A stretch of DNA of 64,000 nucleotides from contig NC_134025.1 of assembly GCF_964204645.1 (NCBI RefSeq), positions 7,440,001-7,504,000 on the forward strand, in the 5' to 3' direction. Below, piece by piece: positions 39,765 to 54,877 of the stretch. Both the position numbers and the translations under genes were made by a program. The notes beneath the pieces were generated by a model. That model was not told the origin of the DNA and made no database searches. It saw only the letters and a program-made list of their open reading frames with translations. Positions within the stretch are counted from its first letter, which is position 1. The number at the start of each line of letters is the position of its first letter. The stretch comes from Tubulanus polymorphus. Its lineage: Eukaryota; Animalia; Nemertea.

Positions 39765-42700
39765 ATGTATCCTTCTCTTTTTATGAAGAGAGAACTTGGT
39801 CGTTCTAGATTTAATAAGTGTGAGTATGGAAGCTGTGAAAAGTCGAATCAAGAGATTAGATTCAGCATATAGATTCATTGTTTTGCTAATTATCGAATGG
39901 AAACGTTTGTTTAGGGTTGTCTTTCTGTCTTAAAGGCAGTGTTGAAACTTAACCTATATAGAGTTGATTTAAGTAGGTTCTTCGCAAAGATTTCATGGTT
40001 GATTTGTTGTTTTGAATTGAAAAAATAACCGACGTAGCGGAACTCGTTCTGTCTCGTATTCAGATAGGCCTACTTGCTACTGTGTACTGCATCACTTCAA
40101 AGGTGGTCACATTGTGAGGTTAAATGAACCATCCATTTCAATGGGGTTGGTCGAAAGACTTAGGCTGAAACTAGAGTAGGCCCTGCCATCAACAATTCTC
40201 AGTCTCCACATTTTGTTCATCTTCGGTACAAATGTAACATTTACTTTACTGCATATTTTCAGTTGAAATTCCGGTTGATATATTTCTTGAAGACTATACC
40301 AGTTCATCATCTGATTTACATGTGATTGAAGGTCAAGATGGGGCAGTGAGTATATGATTCTAAGGATATGGCCGGCTAATCAGTGATGTCTTTTCATCAA
40401 GATGGGCTTGAGTTGAGCACTTAAAATTTCTTCAGTTAAATTGGCAATTTACAAATTCATTCATGTTGATCTTTCAGTCAAACAGTCTCATTCCACTTTG
40501 GTGTTTGGGTAGTTAGTGACCTATAGTTTGGTGGTTTTTTAACCTGATGAGCTTAAAAACAAAATATCTGAATATTAAACTAATCTACTGACATGTTACT
40601 GACAAGTGCTGAGGTTGTTATTTATGTGTTATACCCCCTGCTTATTTCCAGGTGGAGGTACCACCATTTACTGGCAGTTTTTGTAACGGTAAGTGAAGTG
40701 ATAAATCATGTTGATGTCTGCATTGTTTTTTAAAGTTTTTGAAAATATTCAATTTATGTATTTCAGATATATCTCAGGGGCATATGCTGGCAGTTGCCGA
40801 TGAAGATGGAGCTGTTATTATTTACAACACAAATCTATGCGGACCAATAGCTGCTATAAAAGGTCTGTTCGTCTTCATTATTGCATTGTGATAAGTAACT
40901 GTGCCATACTTTCGTCCTAATTAAAGACATGATTTCAAGCCCTGTCATCATCTTGAATGTCTTTATTTTGCAGAATGGTTAGCTCATACAAATGCAGTGT
41001 TTGATATTTCATGGCTGAAAGGTGAAAATAAATTACTGACTGCCTCTGGTGATCAGACGATCGTATTATGGGATGTCGTATCTGAGGAGAAACTAGATGT
41101 GTTTAAAGGTCATTCTAGTAGTGTGAAATCAGTTGGGCTTCAAACGGACAATACAAGTAAGAATCTTTCATTTTATATTGTATTTGTGATTAGTATTTAT
41201 AGGGTGTGTTAATACATCTAATATTTTGTTGTAATAAATTCATTAAATGTTTTGTAGATGTATTTGCTTCTGGCTCTCGAGATGGTCACATCATGTTGTG
41301 GGACAGAAGATATAGTAAAAAAGGTAAAGGGAATAAGTCGAGAAATTTATGGCTGATTAAGGTTTATTTTATGAGTTCTATAAGAAGTATATTCTTTGCA
41401 GGTGGTGTTGCTACTCCATTGAATTCTATACGTAATGCTCACTTGTTAAAGGCTTCTGCAAACAATAAGACAAAAAGAAAAAGTCGAACCAGTCAATCTC
41501 AGGTAAGAATGAGTCTCAAAAAATTGTATTATGCAGCAGGGCTGGCTGCTTGGATCCATTATCTGTAAGTGATTCATTTGCTTTCTAGGATTTCCAGCAG
41601 AGTGTTACATCAGTTGTATTTCAAGATGAGAATACAGTTATTTCATGTGGTGCTGTAGATGGGTATGTTCTATATATATTATTATTCAACCGATGAAGCT
41701 TTGAAAATATTTTGAGATTTTACTAAATTACGTTTTTGGTTTCCTTGCATCTAGGGCTGTGAAAATGTGGGACCTTCGTAAAAATTACAGCATCGCAAAA
41801 AAAGAGCCGATCCCGAAATTCACGTTTCAATATTCTGGAACTAGTGTCAGAAAACATGGTAAATCAGAAAGTCTATATGATCGATTGAATTATAGCGCTC
41901 TTCTCAAATTGATAACAACAATTCTTCTTTTTATTGTCGGTAGGATTCACTAATTTAGTGCTAGATTCGACACGTACACGTTTATTTGTCAGTTGTATGG
42001 ATGATATAATCTACCAATACAACTGCGCGAACTGTAACCCGAAACCGGTCGCCACCTACAAAGGTCATCAGAACTCAACGTTTTACGTAAAATCTAGTCT
42101 CAGTCCAGATGATCGATTTCTTCTTACAGGATCCAGTGATTACCACGCTTATATTTATGAGGTGAATTCAAACTGCTTTTTTCTTGAATTCTTGTTTAAG
42201 TTCATTATCTTTGAAAAAAAAAACAAGTTCATTATCTTTGAAAAAAAACAACTTAAAAAAGAAATTCTTTGTCTTTTTCGTATTAAGGTTGATAAACCTA
42301 AAGCCAGTCCAGTTATGTTGAAAGGTCATTCTGGTGAGGTGACTAGTGTATGTTGGTCACCATCAAATAATTTGAGAGTAAGTAAGATTAATATTAGATT
42401 GCGTTTGTCTCACTAGTAATAGATAAAATTGTAATAAAGTGTAATTTTTCAGATTGCCACATTATCCGATGACAGCACTGTACGCATTTGGAGAGGAGAG
42501 AGACATGGTGACACTGATGTAGCTACTATCGGTCAAATACTGGGTCAAGCTTGTCGGACGCATAGAGAAATTGGTTAGTGCGAAACTATTTCACGAAATA
42601 TTCTGCAATTTTTCAGAAGTGCCAATGGGCACCTCGTTCACTCGTTTTAACAACAGTTTCCATCTCTGATGAATATTCTTGACATTTCAGGTACGACATG

Positions 42701-43980
42701 CGTAGCTCGAAATGACCGAACATTAACAAGTTGTCACGGTGCTTTCCTGTCACCGATTAAAAATCCAAAGGTTGTCTCTAATCGTAGTATGCCTTTGCTT
42801 CCTTCTCCATCCTTCAAGTATCCGAATCTCAAAGCTTGGGTGGAAAATATGGCTCACAAATCGCCTCGAAAATTGCCACCTGCTTCACCTCGGAAACTGA
42901 TTATTTCACCACTGAAGCATCACATGTTAGGGAATTCTAAATTGGCAAATACCGAACATACAACGCCGGGTCGAGGTGTAAAACGCAAACGGGATGACGA
43001 AAATCTAGTCGACGCGTCCAAACGACAGTGTACGAACATCGCAGAATCAAACAACCGAAAACCATTGAGTCCTTGTTGTATCGATGTTCGAAATATCTTA
43101 CCAGATAAGTCCCGTACGTCAACTCGTAAACACTTAGACTTTGATTGCGTTGACGGACCACTGGGCCTCATTGAGAAAAGTCCTATTCTGATGGCAAAAT
43201 GTTCAAATGTACGTCGTTCATTCAGTTCACCGACGAGCAATTTACCTAATTACGTGCTCGATCCGAAACCTCGAGCTCCAGTTGGTATCGCTGCTGATCC
43301 ATCTGATATTGCCAAATCTCGAGACTGGCTCACTGAAATGAGTCAGAAACGTCGAACTTCAATTCAAATTGAAACCTCTGTTGCTAGTCCGAGAGGTACA
43401 GAGACTCCGTCTCGCCGACGTAGAAGCGTCGATCCGACATCGGCTTCTAAGAAAACACCTCGGCGAAGTCGTCCTAGTTCACCGGCAGTCGGGACTCCAT
43501 CAACAACCAGAACTAGTTCTCCTTCGAATTACCAAACTCCCAGCCGGCGAAAACGTAAATTAGATTTAACGACACCTTCATCAACTGGAGAGTCTCCATC
43601 AATGAGAAAGGTATGTGATTTTGAATATTTCATATTTACATCAAAGATCTTGTTTAACATAGAGAGATAGTACTTAATAGGTTATTACTGGCTTATTTGA
43701 GATATGAGCTTTCGCTACTAATGCATAGTAGCTTTATCACGTAAATAAGTAGAGTCAAGAAACAACGTAAAGTACTATCCATCTTTACATTTCACTGATT
43801 CAACACCAGGTTAATTACAGTCCCTCTACATATCAAAGATTTTGGTTTTATCTTGGCTACATGTAATTATAAAACACTGGATTCTGATTTCAGGGTAGAA
43901 GTCCTGCTGTAAAAGGAAATAAGTCGATACTACAATTCTTCTCGCCAGTATCTAAAGATAAAACTGGTGAAGGGGTATGA
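39765..43980 (+). CDS. DTL: Denticleless / CDT2 (WD40 CRL4 substrate receptor), multi-exon
   Basis: ATG 39765; VPPF, LAVADEDG, WLAHTNAVFD, LLTASGDQT, FASGSRDGHIMLWD, KMWDLRKNY, HQNSTFYVKSSLSPD; S/TP-rich tail and C-terminal PIP-like NKSILQFFSP; TGA 43978-43980. Confidence 0.95.
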
Positions 43981-45212
43981 TGAGAAAGCAATGGTGTGAC
44001 CAGTTCTTGCTTTGAATTTGCATACCGATATTTTAACTTTGTTTATTAATGTTTGGTTCCAATTTTAAACGGTAATTGTGGAATAAATAGAAGATTGTCG
44101 ATTATTTTGAAAAGAAATTATTGAATACTACAGAGCAGGGCCGATAGATAAACGTTCTGAAACTTAAGCTTGTTGGTAGTGCTGCGTACCATCGATGTAT
44201 AAAAGCCATCACTTCACTTCTTGTTTTATGAGTAATACATCAATGTATTATAATAATTTTTCAAACATTTTAGAATACTTTCATTTCATGGAAATCCTTT
44301 CAAACCCGGTTCTATGTGATATCTATATTTGTACCGGTATATTTAACATTTTACTGTAATGTATAGGGGATCTTTTGGATACATTTTAATTAGCATTATT
44401 GATTAATCTCAGCATTGAAAAATATGTCGATACATGTGTAAGCATATTGTACATAAGTTTTTTGTGAATGATTAAATATCTCATGAGAAAATGAAGTTTT
44501 TTAGATTTGATAATCTTTAGTGTCATTAGGTCCAATCTTAGGTTTTCTGAACATGGGTAGTCTCCGAACTCAATTGGAATTATGATTTTTTGGTGAAAGA
44601 GAGTCCGGTTTCAAGATATATATTGGAGAAGTGTTGAATCAGGTGGACACGCCCCTCTTGTGCTGTGATAATGGCCTGAGCAGGCCTCTGGAACTGAGGT
44701 TGCATCCACCTTCGATCAGAGTCCCAACGACTACTTGATTCCTTAAAAAACTTCTAAACATATGTAGATTTTGAAGGTGCTTTAAACCCTTTGCAACTCA
44801 TCGAGCAAAATGCCCAAAACTTTCCATTTTGAGATATAGGCAATTCGAAATGTATTAGTTGCACGGAAAACCGGTATATCAAAACGGATAGACCAGGAAT
44901 TTTTTAATCCAATTAGGTGGTTTGAAAGTGTTAAGGTAAGAAACTTGCTCACAAAACCACTGAATTACTGTTTTACCGAGGTAAACAATACCGATTTTGG
45001 ACGAGTATACAGTAATTAGGATATGCAAGTGATGTGGACACTGATAGAAGTTTGAAATTTCTCCTTTAAAACTCCTTTTATCCTGGGAATGACAGATCTG
45101 TTGGGACCTTATGACTAACAAATACTACATACACATTTATGATAAACAAATACAATATTTATTCATGATATAAAGATCCACCTGCTTTGAATGGTGTACA
45201 CAAATAATGTTC

Positions 45213-48200
45213 TTATTTTGTAACTTTAGATTTCAGCAGTTGTTGTCTGTTATATTCCCACATTAGTAGAGCACCACTGACATGAACGTTTAATGAACGA
45301 ATAATACCATACTGCGGAATCTCGACACAATTATCCAGTTCTTGAATTAGATCTACAGGAATTCCAGTTTTCTCATGGCTGAAACGATGAATAATAAGTC
45401 AAATAAGCTAGGATAAAACAAACTAGTTCTGTTTGTAGTACAGTAGACTTCGCTCAGTTCGGATCTTTTGGGACCATGAAATGTGTCCGACTTTAGTGAT
45501 ATCCGAATCAATTGGGATATTATGTATTTCATATATAGTGTCACAAAAAATATTTAAAAAAGCCGAGATGAACGGTTGAATCAAATACCGTAACCTACCC
45601 TAGTATAAGCATTGTTTTATCGGGAAATTTGAACTCCGATAGGCAAGCGCTATTAGCGGTCTGTTCTACGCCAACTATTGAGTAGCCTTTGCATCTCATT
45701 TCATTGATATACTCCTTCAACTGTATAGGCTTTACCTGATGACGGACAAAAAAGTGATCAACATTTTCATGAAAAGCTGGTAACTCCTAAATCCATCTCG
45801 GGTTTTAAAAAACCTAGAGAATATTTTTGTCGGTGTCTGATCTATGTGTGTATACATACTTCTTTAATGTTGATCCATCTTTCAGAGCTAACACTTAGAC
45901 TCTGAAAATTTTGGTTCTCCAAATACTTCATGCTTCCAATTACAAATTCATTTGCACCAAAGACTTCACAAGTACGACATAATCCTACACCATAAAATGA
46001 ACATCTCTGGTAGGTGAATTCATTCATCAATTTATTTTCCATTTTGATCAATCTGACTTACCACCTAGATTAGGTATTTTGTCAACAAGTGATGCTACAA
46101 GCAAAATTCCTGCATCTGAATTATGATGGCTAACTTTCCTATCTTCAATTTCCCTTTGTGCTTCTTCATTTGGAAACATGGTACGCCATGGTGTTATTTT
46201 CCGCTGAACATCGCCATCCAACAACTCAACATCTTCATTTTCTTATGAAATAGGAATATCCATAGACATTGGAAATTGAATGCTTCTGAATCAATAATGC
46301 TTACTTAATGAACTTACCAGCGCCTTTCATCTTCCAAGTCAAGCTGTTACTTGAGCAACTTTCTAATTCAGATAACTTCTCATTAACAAGAGAAATAAAC
46401 ATACTATTCAGATCAGGCATGTAAGTGAGGAAATCTGTAGGCGTAAGCCATTCATCATCTGCTAGTCCACTAAGTCTTGGAATCGTGTAGAATATACTCT
46501 AAAATATTGTTAGGAATAAATGCTATTCAAGTTACATATATCTAAAAGATCTTTGTTCACAATTATGAAACGGTTTTACCTGTATTGAATAATCTTTCAA
46601 AGGGTCGAACTTGAACATATAATGATTCTGGAGGGCATGGATACTTTTTGATGAATTCCTAATATAATAAATACCGGTTTGTGTAAAATAGAACGTAAAA
46701 TCATTTTTGTATCGGTATTGATGTAAGGAGTAAAACACTCACCCAATTGGCTGCATTAGATACTCTTGCATTGTACCTAGTATCGAGTGACTATAAAGTA
46801 TTTGATTTAAAGCTTTTTCTTTACTTAGATCCCACATCTTAGTCAGTATAACTTGAGCAAAAACCCGTACATTAAACTGATGGGACAAACACAGCGGAAA
46901 CACAAATTGCAGAAACCGGCCAAAATATTCCTCCTGCATATAAGATCAATTTTACATGGTTGATTGATGGTACATGGATAAAGCTCAAGCTGAAGATGAT
47001 GTATCTGTACTTTACCTGTTCTGCATTATCAGTAAGAAGCTTCCCGACATGAAATGTAATCAGCATCAAGGAACAGATAAATGCTGGTTTTTTTGACGAA
47101 ACCTAGAAGTAAATTGTTCACTGGCGGATAACTTCAAACCACCACCATTTCAGATGTAGCTAGTCACTCATCCTAAGCATGTTCCACGTCTGAGTCAACT
47201 TAATTCAAATAAATTGTATATTGTACCTGATTTAGGATTGTCCAAACATGAATATCCCTAAGTGATGCAAATCGATTAAAGATTTTGATGAGCATCCATT
47301 CAACTAGTATTCTAACCGATGGCTGTGTTTCTTTGTTCAATACTTCACATAAGTATGGAATATATTTCTCTTGCGCTTCCTAAAACACATTGTAGTCCAA
47401 ATACTACGAAACAGTACCTGACTGAATCACGTAACAGTAGAATCAGAAAATCAGATTAACAACAATGTTTGATATTACCTGTGAGAGAAATGGCTCTAAC
47501 ATGAGGACAGTAGCTATTAGTCGATGTTTCTCCCTATGACTCATAGAATTTGTAAAACATCGATATTTCTTCTGTTGCAGAACCTGTTTATATTTTGCGA
47601 TTGCTTCATGTACAAAAGTTTCAACAAATGATCGATGATCTTCCTCGTTAGTTTTCAGGTGCATTAACGAAGTCAATAACATAACACGAACCATGTGATC
47701 TTCTCTCAAATCACTGTAAATTGAAGAAATAGAATATGTACACAGAACAGATGCCGTCATCTTTTCAAAAAGCAAATCTGTAATTCTCTCCATCTCACCT
47801 GTCTTTCATGTCCATGTTTTCATAAATGGAAAAGGTATTCAGATAGGACTTCATTTCTGCATTGAACCTACAGGAAAGTTAGTTGCATGTACATGACTAT
47901 AAGCTTGATTCAAACTGAAAAGTTGTCTACAGGACTTACCTCAAACATCTCTTATGTACAGGTCCAAATATGGCAGCTTTTAGAATGTAAAGATGATAAT
48001 AACTAGCCGAAACCATATCATTTTCGAGTATCCATTTTTTACACCAAACAGACACTAGAATGTTTATAATTCCATTCTTCGCATCACCGAGTTGAAAGAT
48101 GCGATCAGCAAACTAAACATATATTGGAAAATATTCATTAATTGAAATTCAAAATATTGCTTAATTAACTTCATACTGTATATAACATTTAACCCTATAC

Positions 48201-51200
48201 ACATATATACCTCTCTTAAACAATCATCCAAATTCGTATTGAGTTTTGCCATTGATGTCATACATGGAGTGTACATGATTTCAATGAGAACTTGATATGC
48301 TGGCCAAAAGATATCTTTATTTTTGAATTGTTCAATCAATCTCGTCCAACACATATCTGACATGTCAATCATTAGTGTGATATCAAATTTTAGGATCTGA
48401 AAATAAGGCGTTTAATGGCAATACATACTACCAGGTAATTTACAGAAAATCTGTCAAAATAAAAACAATTGATGCAGAACCCTATCATAGATTACCTCTC
48501 CACATAGTAATTTTATACACTTGAATATTGGAATGATAGCTGGACTAGCACATGTATCCAATCCAGTTTTAATTGCCTCAAGTAACTGAGTCAGTCTCAG
48601 TTCATCAGTAAACATTGCTCTTATGTGCTCATGTTGCAAACAGAATTGCATGCACTGCCACTGACTGGTGTTATAACGTGAAATCAGACGACCCCATTTG
48701 TGTTTGAAGTTTCCTTGTGCCGAGATATCATTGCTACAATTTGAAAGATATCAATCCATTATCTTTCAGTTATAAAACCAGAGAATTCTCAAAAGGAAAT
48801 CGTGAAAGATTAACATACCATTTGTTAGGTAAAAATTCTGGCTTCTTGATTTCTGAAGTAACAATTTGAAGATCACAGTATTCGAGGATCTTTGACTGAA
48901 TCTTTTCGTAGAGGAGTACATTTCCTGAAAGTTTACACAGATTAGCAAGTACAGCAGTGCCAGTAACTAAGCTCAATTTCTTTTCATGAGATTCCTAAAA
49001 TAAAAAATGAACACAATTCAGTTTAGAGTTATACAGTACATCTGTGTGATCTGTAGGTAAGGAAACTACGTATACCTGGTTTTTTGCAGATTTTAGTAGA
49101 TCTATACAAGAGTCAGTGAAAATATTCAACATCGCAGCCATATCCGAATTAGGTTGAACACAAGAAATTACTTCAACACATCTTACGTATAAATCAACTT
49201 TAGCCACATCATAAAACTGAAATGATACATGAAATTTGAAAATGAAAATTTTACACCAGAACTTTTGTTTTAGCCTATAGAGACCATAACTGATACCTAC
49301 ATCAGACACTTCATGACTAATTCTAATTGATATGTAATCCAGCATCTCTTTTCTACATGTTGAGATAACACTTGAAATAAAATGTTCTAGTTTATCACCA
49401 GTTATGGGACTTGCTATGGAATGTAGATGGACAATGAATGAAAATATCACATCAATCTTATGTCGACTCATGTAAACTCTTGTAGCCACTGTATTAAGTA
49501 CTTCAATAACTTTACTGAGTAAACTTGAAAGGCTATCATTGCTGTTATCAACAGAGATTATCTCAGCATCGACACATAACAAGAGGAATTTTGTAAATCC
49601 ATCCAATATACTTTCTGAAATGGAAAAAGTAAATATTGAGAAAGTTTGAGTTGTTCATTATGAACCATGTAGAATGAATGTACCGGTATAGAATGCATTA
49701 TGATTAATCATACCGATATCGACAGGAGTTTTTTCCATTAATTCGACAGTTGTTCTTAAATATATCCTGGTCTGAGTAGAACTCCATGGGCCATCGCCAT
49801 CTGAGAGATATTTCAGTTTATCCACAGCTTCTTTCCACAATGATGATCCTCTCTCTATCACATCATCATTGACAACACAGAGATATGAAACTAAAGTAGC
49901 CTGATCTACACCTCCAATATCCTGGAAATAAAAGGTTCACCCATAAAAACATCGGTTTTTCAATTCTTAAAGGGTGAACAACGACAAAACATCTATGGCA
50001 TCTATGCGCAACAGTTAATCTTACTGTGTTGATCAAATTCAAAATTGCTTTTGTCAAGAACCACTTGATTCCAATCCTTGTTTTAACAACAACTGTTGAT
50101 GTTCCAATGAGAATTTCTCTGAAATTGAAAAAATAATCCCGATAAATAACATTCAAAAATATATCATATGATGAATGTTACCGAATCAATACCAACTTTA
50201 TAGTCTGAACATCTTCATTCTGCAGTAAACATAAATTTGGCAATTTTGCTAAACCTTGACTTATGAAGAAAAGTACAGATCCTGACCAGGATATAATCTT
50301 CATGCTACCAATAAATCTTCGCCAAAAAGCCCCTGGTGAAGATAAATATTCAATAACCGTTAAATAGAATCTAAGAAGTAAAAGGTAATTATTTTTTACT
50401 GTTTACCTTGCTGATTTGAATCACGCTTCATTGAATCAAAGACACCTTTCATAAACTCATGAAGCTTAGAAGCTACAATTGGGCAACTACCAACTTCAGC
50501 ATCATCATTCCTACAAAAATATCAAATTAGGAATGCAACATTTTCAAAGTTGTCAAATTTGACTTTATTTAGGTTTGTTATTTACCTATAGAAGTATGAT
50601 GCTTCATTGATCAACATAAGGAATGGTTTTGCAAAGAACTGAAAAGGTACAAAATTTCAGTCTTTTATATTCCAATGTCACAATTACCATACTGGTTAAG
50701 ATAATTTTTTGATATCATGGAAGATAAAGATGATAGACATTCTGACAAACCTCTGTTTGTTGAGTGACAATAGGACAGACTCGAGGATCAATTGATAATA
50801 GCTGTTCACATCCCCATTTCTGTATGAATGAACTTTCATGTCCAAAAATCCGATGGAACAAATTGAGAATCCAACTACTATGTAGGTATGCACATCCATC
50901 TACAGTGGCAAATACATTAACATTTACAGTAGAATTAACTTTAATAAATTGTCATTTAAGAAGTAGCTATCAATCGTACTTTCAGTATTTTCATATGTAG
51001 CATCGATTAATGATCTCAGTCTTGGCATCAATGGTTTTAGCACATGTATCTGCAAAAAAAGTCAAAAGGATATATCAGTAGCAGTGATGTCAATATACAC
51101 ATTAGGAATTAATTGTTGTGGGTCATGTAATTATTTCACTTACATGCTTTTCTTCGAGCATTTCAAGAATGAGGATGTAATCCTGCCAAAGAGAACTATA

Positions 51201-52226
51201 TCTTTTAACATTTTCCAGATCCCAGTAGAAGACATTATTAGAAGTTTTTCGAGGAAAACTACTACAATTATTTTCACACATTTCGATGATTCTTTTCAGA
51301 ATGTACAGACTACGTTTTCTCTGCAAGGTATCTGCACTGCTAATACCATTTTGCAAAATCATCCAGATGTTGTAATCCTTCCAACTATCAACAACAGACA
51401 GGTTGAATTCTACTTGAAACAGATAATCAGCAACACCACAGATAATCAACAGAGTACGCTCACTTGAATCGGTGCGTTTGGCAACAGCTTGTAAAATGCT
51501 TCCAAATATTACAGACTTATTCCTCAACAGAGTAGGCACAACAGTATGCAAGAACTGTAATGTAACGTTTTCATCACCATCTACTAGAATATCTTTTGTT
51601 AACTCTTCGATAGAATTGATATGATGCTTGCAGTTGACCGGGTCCTTGTAAAATATCCAAAGGAACATCTTTAACACGCTGCATGAGTGGGACACTGAAA
51701 GGTTGTTGCTTTGTAAACCGGAGTCAGAGTGGATATATTTCTTCGGAAATCCTGTATCATCCAGTTCCGTTGTCTCATTATCAACATAGTCAGATGATTG
51801 AGCTATTTTAAGAGACCTTAAACTTGCTGTCAGTAGAAGCTGAATAACTGGCTCTGCTAAATCAATCGGAACCATAGAAAGACACTCGTTAACAAGTTCA
51901 ACGATCGATGAAAATATTTCTGCATCATTTACTGCCTTCGTAAGAATACATGAACATAATTCATTGAGCACCTTCAGTAGAACGTCATTAGATCGTATCT
52001 GATCGTGAGGCAGTGATAGCCCTCCATCACTGTCGCTATAATTGTAACATGGTGGTGATTCAAGCGCTGTTGTTGTTGGTACTACTAAGTTCCTCAGCAG
52101 GGTTTTTAAGAAGTGACACTCTTTACTATCAATTCTGACCTTTCCACCATCATTTACACGATGAAAAAATGCATCGATCAACGATCTTACACATGAATTT
52201 GGTGTGAAAAATTTGGAATTATCCAT
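45213..52226 (-). CDS. TARBP1: TARBP1/TRM3 tRNA (guanosine-18-2'-O)-methyltransferase, multi-exon
   Basis: RKRSLYILK and [11 protein letters not shown] in first exon; C-terminal SpoU domain [13 protein letters not shown]|[18 protein letters not shown]|[33 protein letters not shown]; TAA 45213-45215. Confidence 0.93.
45441..45580. mobile_element. Probable pogo-like MITE remnant in TARBP1 intron
   Basis: TA-CAGTAGACTTCGCTCAGTTCGGA start resembles other TA-CAG elements here; right end decayed. Confidence 0.35.
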
Positions 52227-52379
52227 ATTTCACTTCTTTAGATGATTCAACATGAGAGGCTCCACATTTTCGAAAAGTTGTTTGCGTGTGATTGTAACAG
52301 AAATAAAATAATAAATTTGTTTACAGGTAGATGTAATAAATCTGAAGCATCCGCTTATAAATCTAAATCGGGGAGAAAA

Positions 52380-54877
52380 ATGGTAAATGTTCTTCTGTAA
52401 TTATTATCCAACTCATCTTCAGTGCTATGGGAGCCATCGCATTGATTCCTTGAAATATGTTAAAGGATTATATAGCTGTCGTTTTTGAGAATTCGTAGGG
52501 CATTTCTTCTAAAACTTTCCTGAATGAAACGAAAATTGTATCCCACAAATTCAATTCAATCTTACAATATTGAAAGGGTATCTACAAATCTTCTACCTGG
52601 GTGGGTACGATTTTTAGGCCACTTGGGCAACACAAAGTTTTGTCCCAAGTAGGCTACCGGTGTATTGATTTCACTTTTCGTCAAGAACGAATGATGTTTT
52701 TGACACGATCTTGATATTTGGTTTATGGCATTGATTATGCCTACTACGCAAGTGTATTGGCATTCTTAAAGTTGGCCCGGTTGCAATTAAGATGGTCATT
52801 ATTTGTTATTCGGCAAAATCTGCTCTTCTGCACATGAATTTGCTTGGGAAATAAATTTGTCTTGGTATGAATATGTATCCCTCTAAGCCTTTTTAGTGCC
52901 TACCATCACAAGAAAAATTGGATCAAACAGATTCAAGTGCGCCATCCTGTGAGATCTTTCTTAGGCCTCTAGTTTCTTAATGCTGATGGTTGTTACATGT
53001 ATTATGATGGATTTGCTATTCAATAGACCTATTGTATACATTCTTTGCTTGAATGGCGTCACTTGGCAGTATTAGTCGTACATGTTTCATGGTTACCAGT
53101 CCGTGTCATTGATTCAAGATATAACCTGGATGACCAGCTCTTTCTGTGACAACTTCTTGTGGAGTTTAGTAATCTGAAAATATACTCTGTATATGACAGT
53201 ACACTATCCAGAAATACCATGCAATGTGTTTGGGTTGTCTTGCTGCTTATTTCGTCTTGGTGCATTCTGAGGGTAACAATGGTTTGTCTTATGGAATTTG
53301 GATTACCCAGTATATTGTTCCCATTATCACAGGGAGTGTGTATTTTGTTACCTCATTTCGATAGCTAAGTTGTAGTTCATGACATGTACTTTAATTGTGG
53401 GGAGTTTCAAGGTCATTAGTTTCTGTTCATCATGGGACTTTGAATATTCAAATTGAAATCAGATTTTTGAGCATTTTTCACCATTTTAGAAGTGGGCATG
53501 GTGTCTCAGGACTCTAGTCTAATATCTAGCCGTTGTTCCTCGTTGTAGGGGACCATAACAAAGCCTGGTATTCAGACTACCAGGACCCCTAGTAATGTTG
53601 TTGATTTAATTTTTTCAGTGCGCACAAGTTACTATATGTGAGGTGGATGAAGATCTCAAAAAAACTCTGAAAAGGTTTAGATTTAGAAAACAGAAAAATA
53701 CTGCTGCTCTTATTTGTAAGTAGTTTAATCAATGAATTAGATTTGACCCAATGTAGAATGGATTGAAAAAAATTATTACTTATAATCATTAAATTTATGA
53801 AATGCATAATTGAAATTAAGAAACTTAATCATTGCTGTTTAATTTGCCAAATTTGACATTTTTTCGTGTCTAGATATCCAAGGAAACTAAAACGATGGCA
53901 CAATTATTTTACAACCTATTTATTCAATTTCAGTGAAGATTATTCCAGAAAAACTACTTGTAGTTTTGGATGAAGAATATGAGGTAGCTTACCAATAATC
54001 CTGTTTTCGATCATTCTGGAAATTGTCAGGATTGTTTATTGTATGTTCAATTATTTTTTAGGATAAAACTATAGAAGACCTCGTTGAAGAGTTACCATCC
54101 CATTTACCGCGATATGTTGTATATAGTTATGTTAAAAACCATGACGATGGAAGGATATCTTACCCGTTATGCTTTATATTCATCAGCCCATCAGGTAAAG
54201 TTGATTTTTGTTAAATTGATTTAATGAGGAACCTGCATAAACAGCAATCCCACTAGTTGGCGTGCTGAAAATTAGGACAGTTGTCTCTTGTCAGAATTAG
54301 TGCATTTTCAATGAACTTTGAACTGGATTTTTAGACTCCAAACCCATATATTATCACAGCATCCACCAAATATACAATACTTTCATTCTACTCGCATATC
54401 GGTATAGTCTTCATAAATAATCAATTCATTTAGGAGAAAAGTTCATTTAGATCTAATTGAAATGTAGAAGAAATCGAAGGCGGACAACCAACTATCTACT
54501 AGTGAACCTGGCGGATCCTTGCCTTGGTTTCCTTGATTGCCACAGTAGCACTGTGGAGACCGCATAAGAATTTTAATTTTTCTTGTTGTAAACAAATACA
54601 GTGGTACTGGTTTATGAACCTATATACTCCATTCATGTATTTCAGGGACAAAACCAGAACTTCAGATGATGTATGCAGGTAGTAAATTGGAGGTTGTCAA
54701 AGAGCTTGGACTGTCCAAGGTAACTATTTTCAATCGCTAGTATCTTGAATAGTTTTTGAACATTTTTATCCAAATCTTGAGTTACCGGTAACTCCTTGTC
54801 TTTAGGTTTTCGAACTGCGAAGTGTAGAAGAATTTACAGAAGAATGGCTGAATGAAAAATTATCATTATTCCGATAA
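52380..54877 (+). CDS. GMFB: Glia maturation factor (ADF-H family); exon 1 contributes only ATG
   Basis: ATG|GTAAAT at 52380; exons ~53619-53715 ([19 protein letters not shown]), ~53933, ~54062 ([14 protein letters not shown]), ~54646 ([12 protein letters not shown]), ~54806-54877 ([15 protein letters not shown]). Not in ORF track because exons are short. Confidence 0.93.

Noticed and set aside
39767-39774. GTATCCTT U12 donor-like sequence
   Set aside because: Lies within DTL codons ATG-TAT-CCT; the downstream GTGAGT donor gives a sensible in-frame exon.
42920-43240. Antisense ORFs over DTL, SGPP1, MIA3, TARBP1 and MKKS exons
   Set aside because: Shadows of real coding exons on the other strand or frame.
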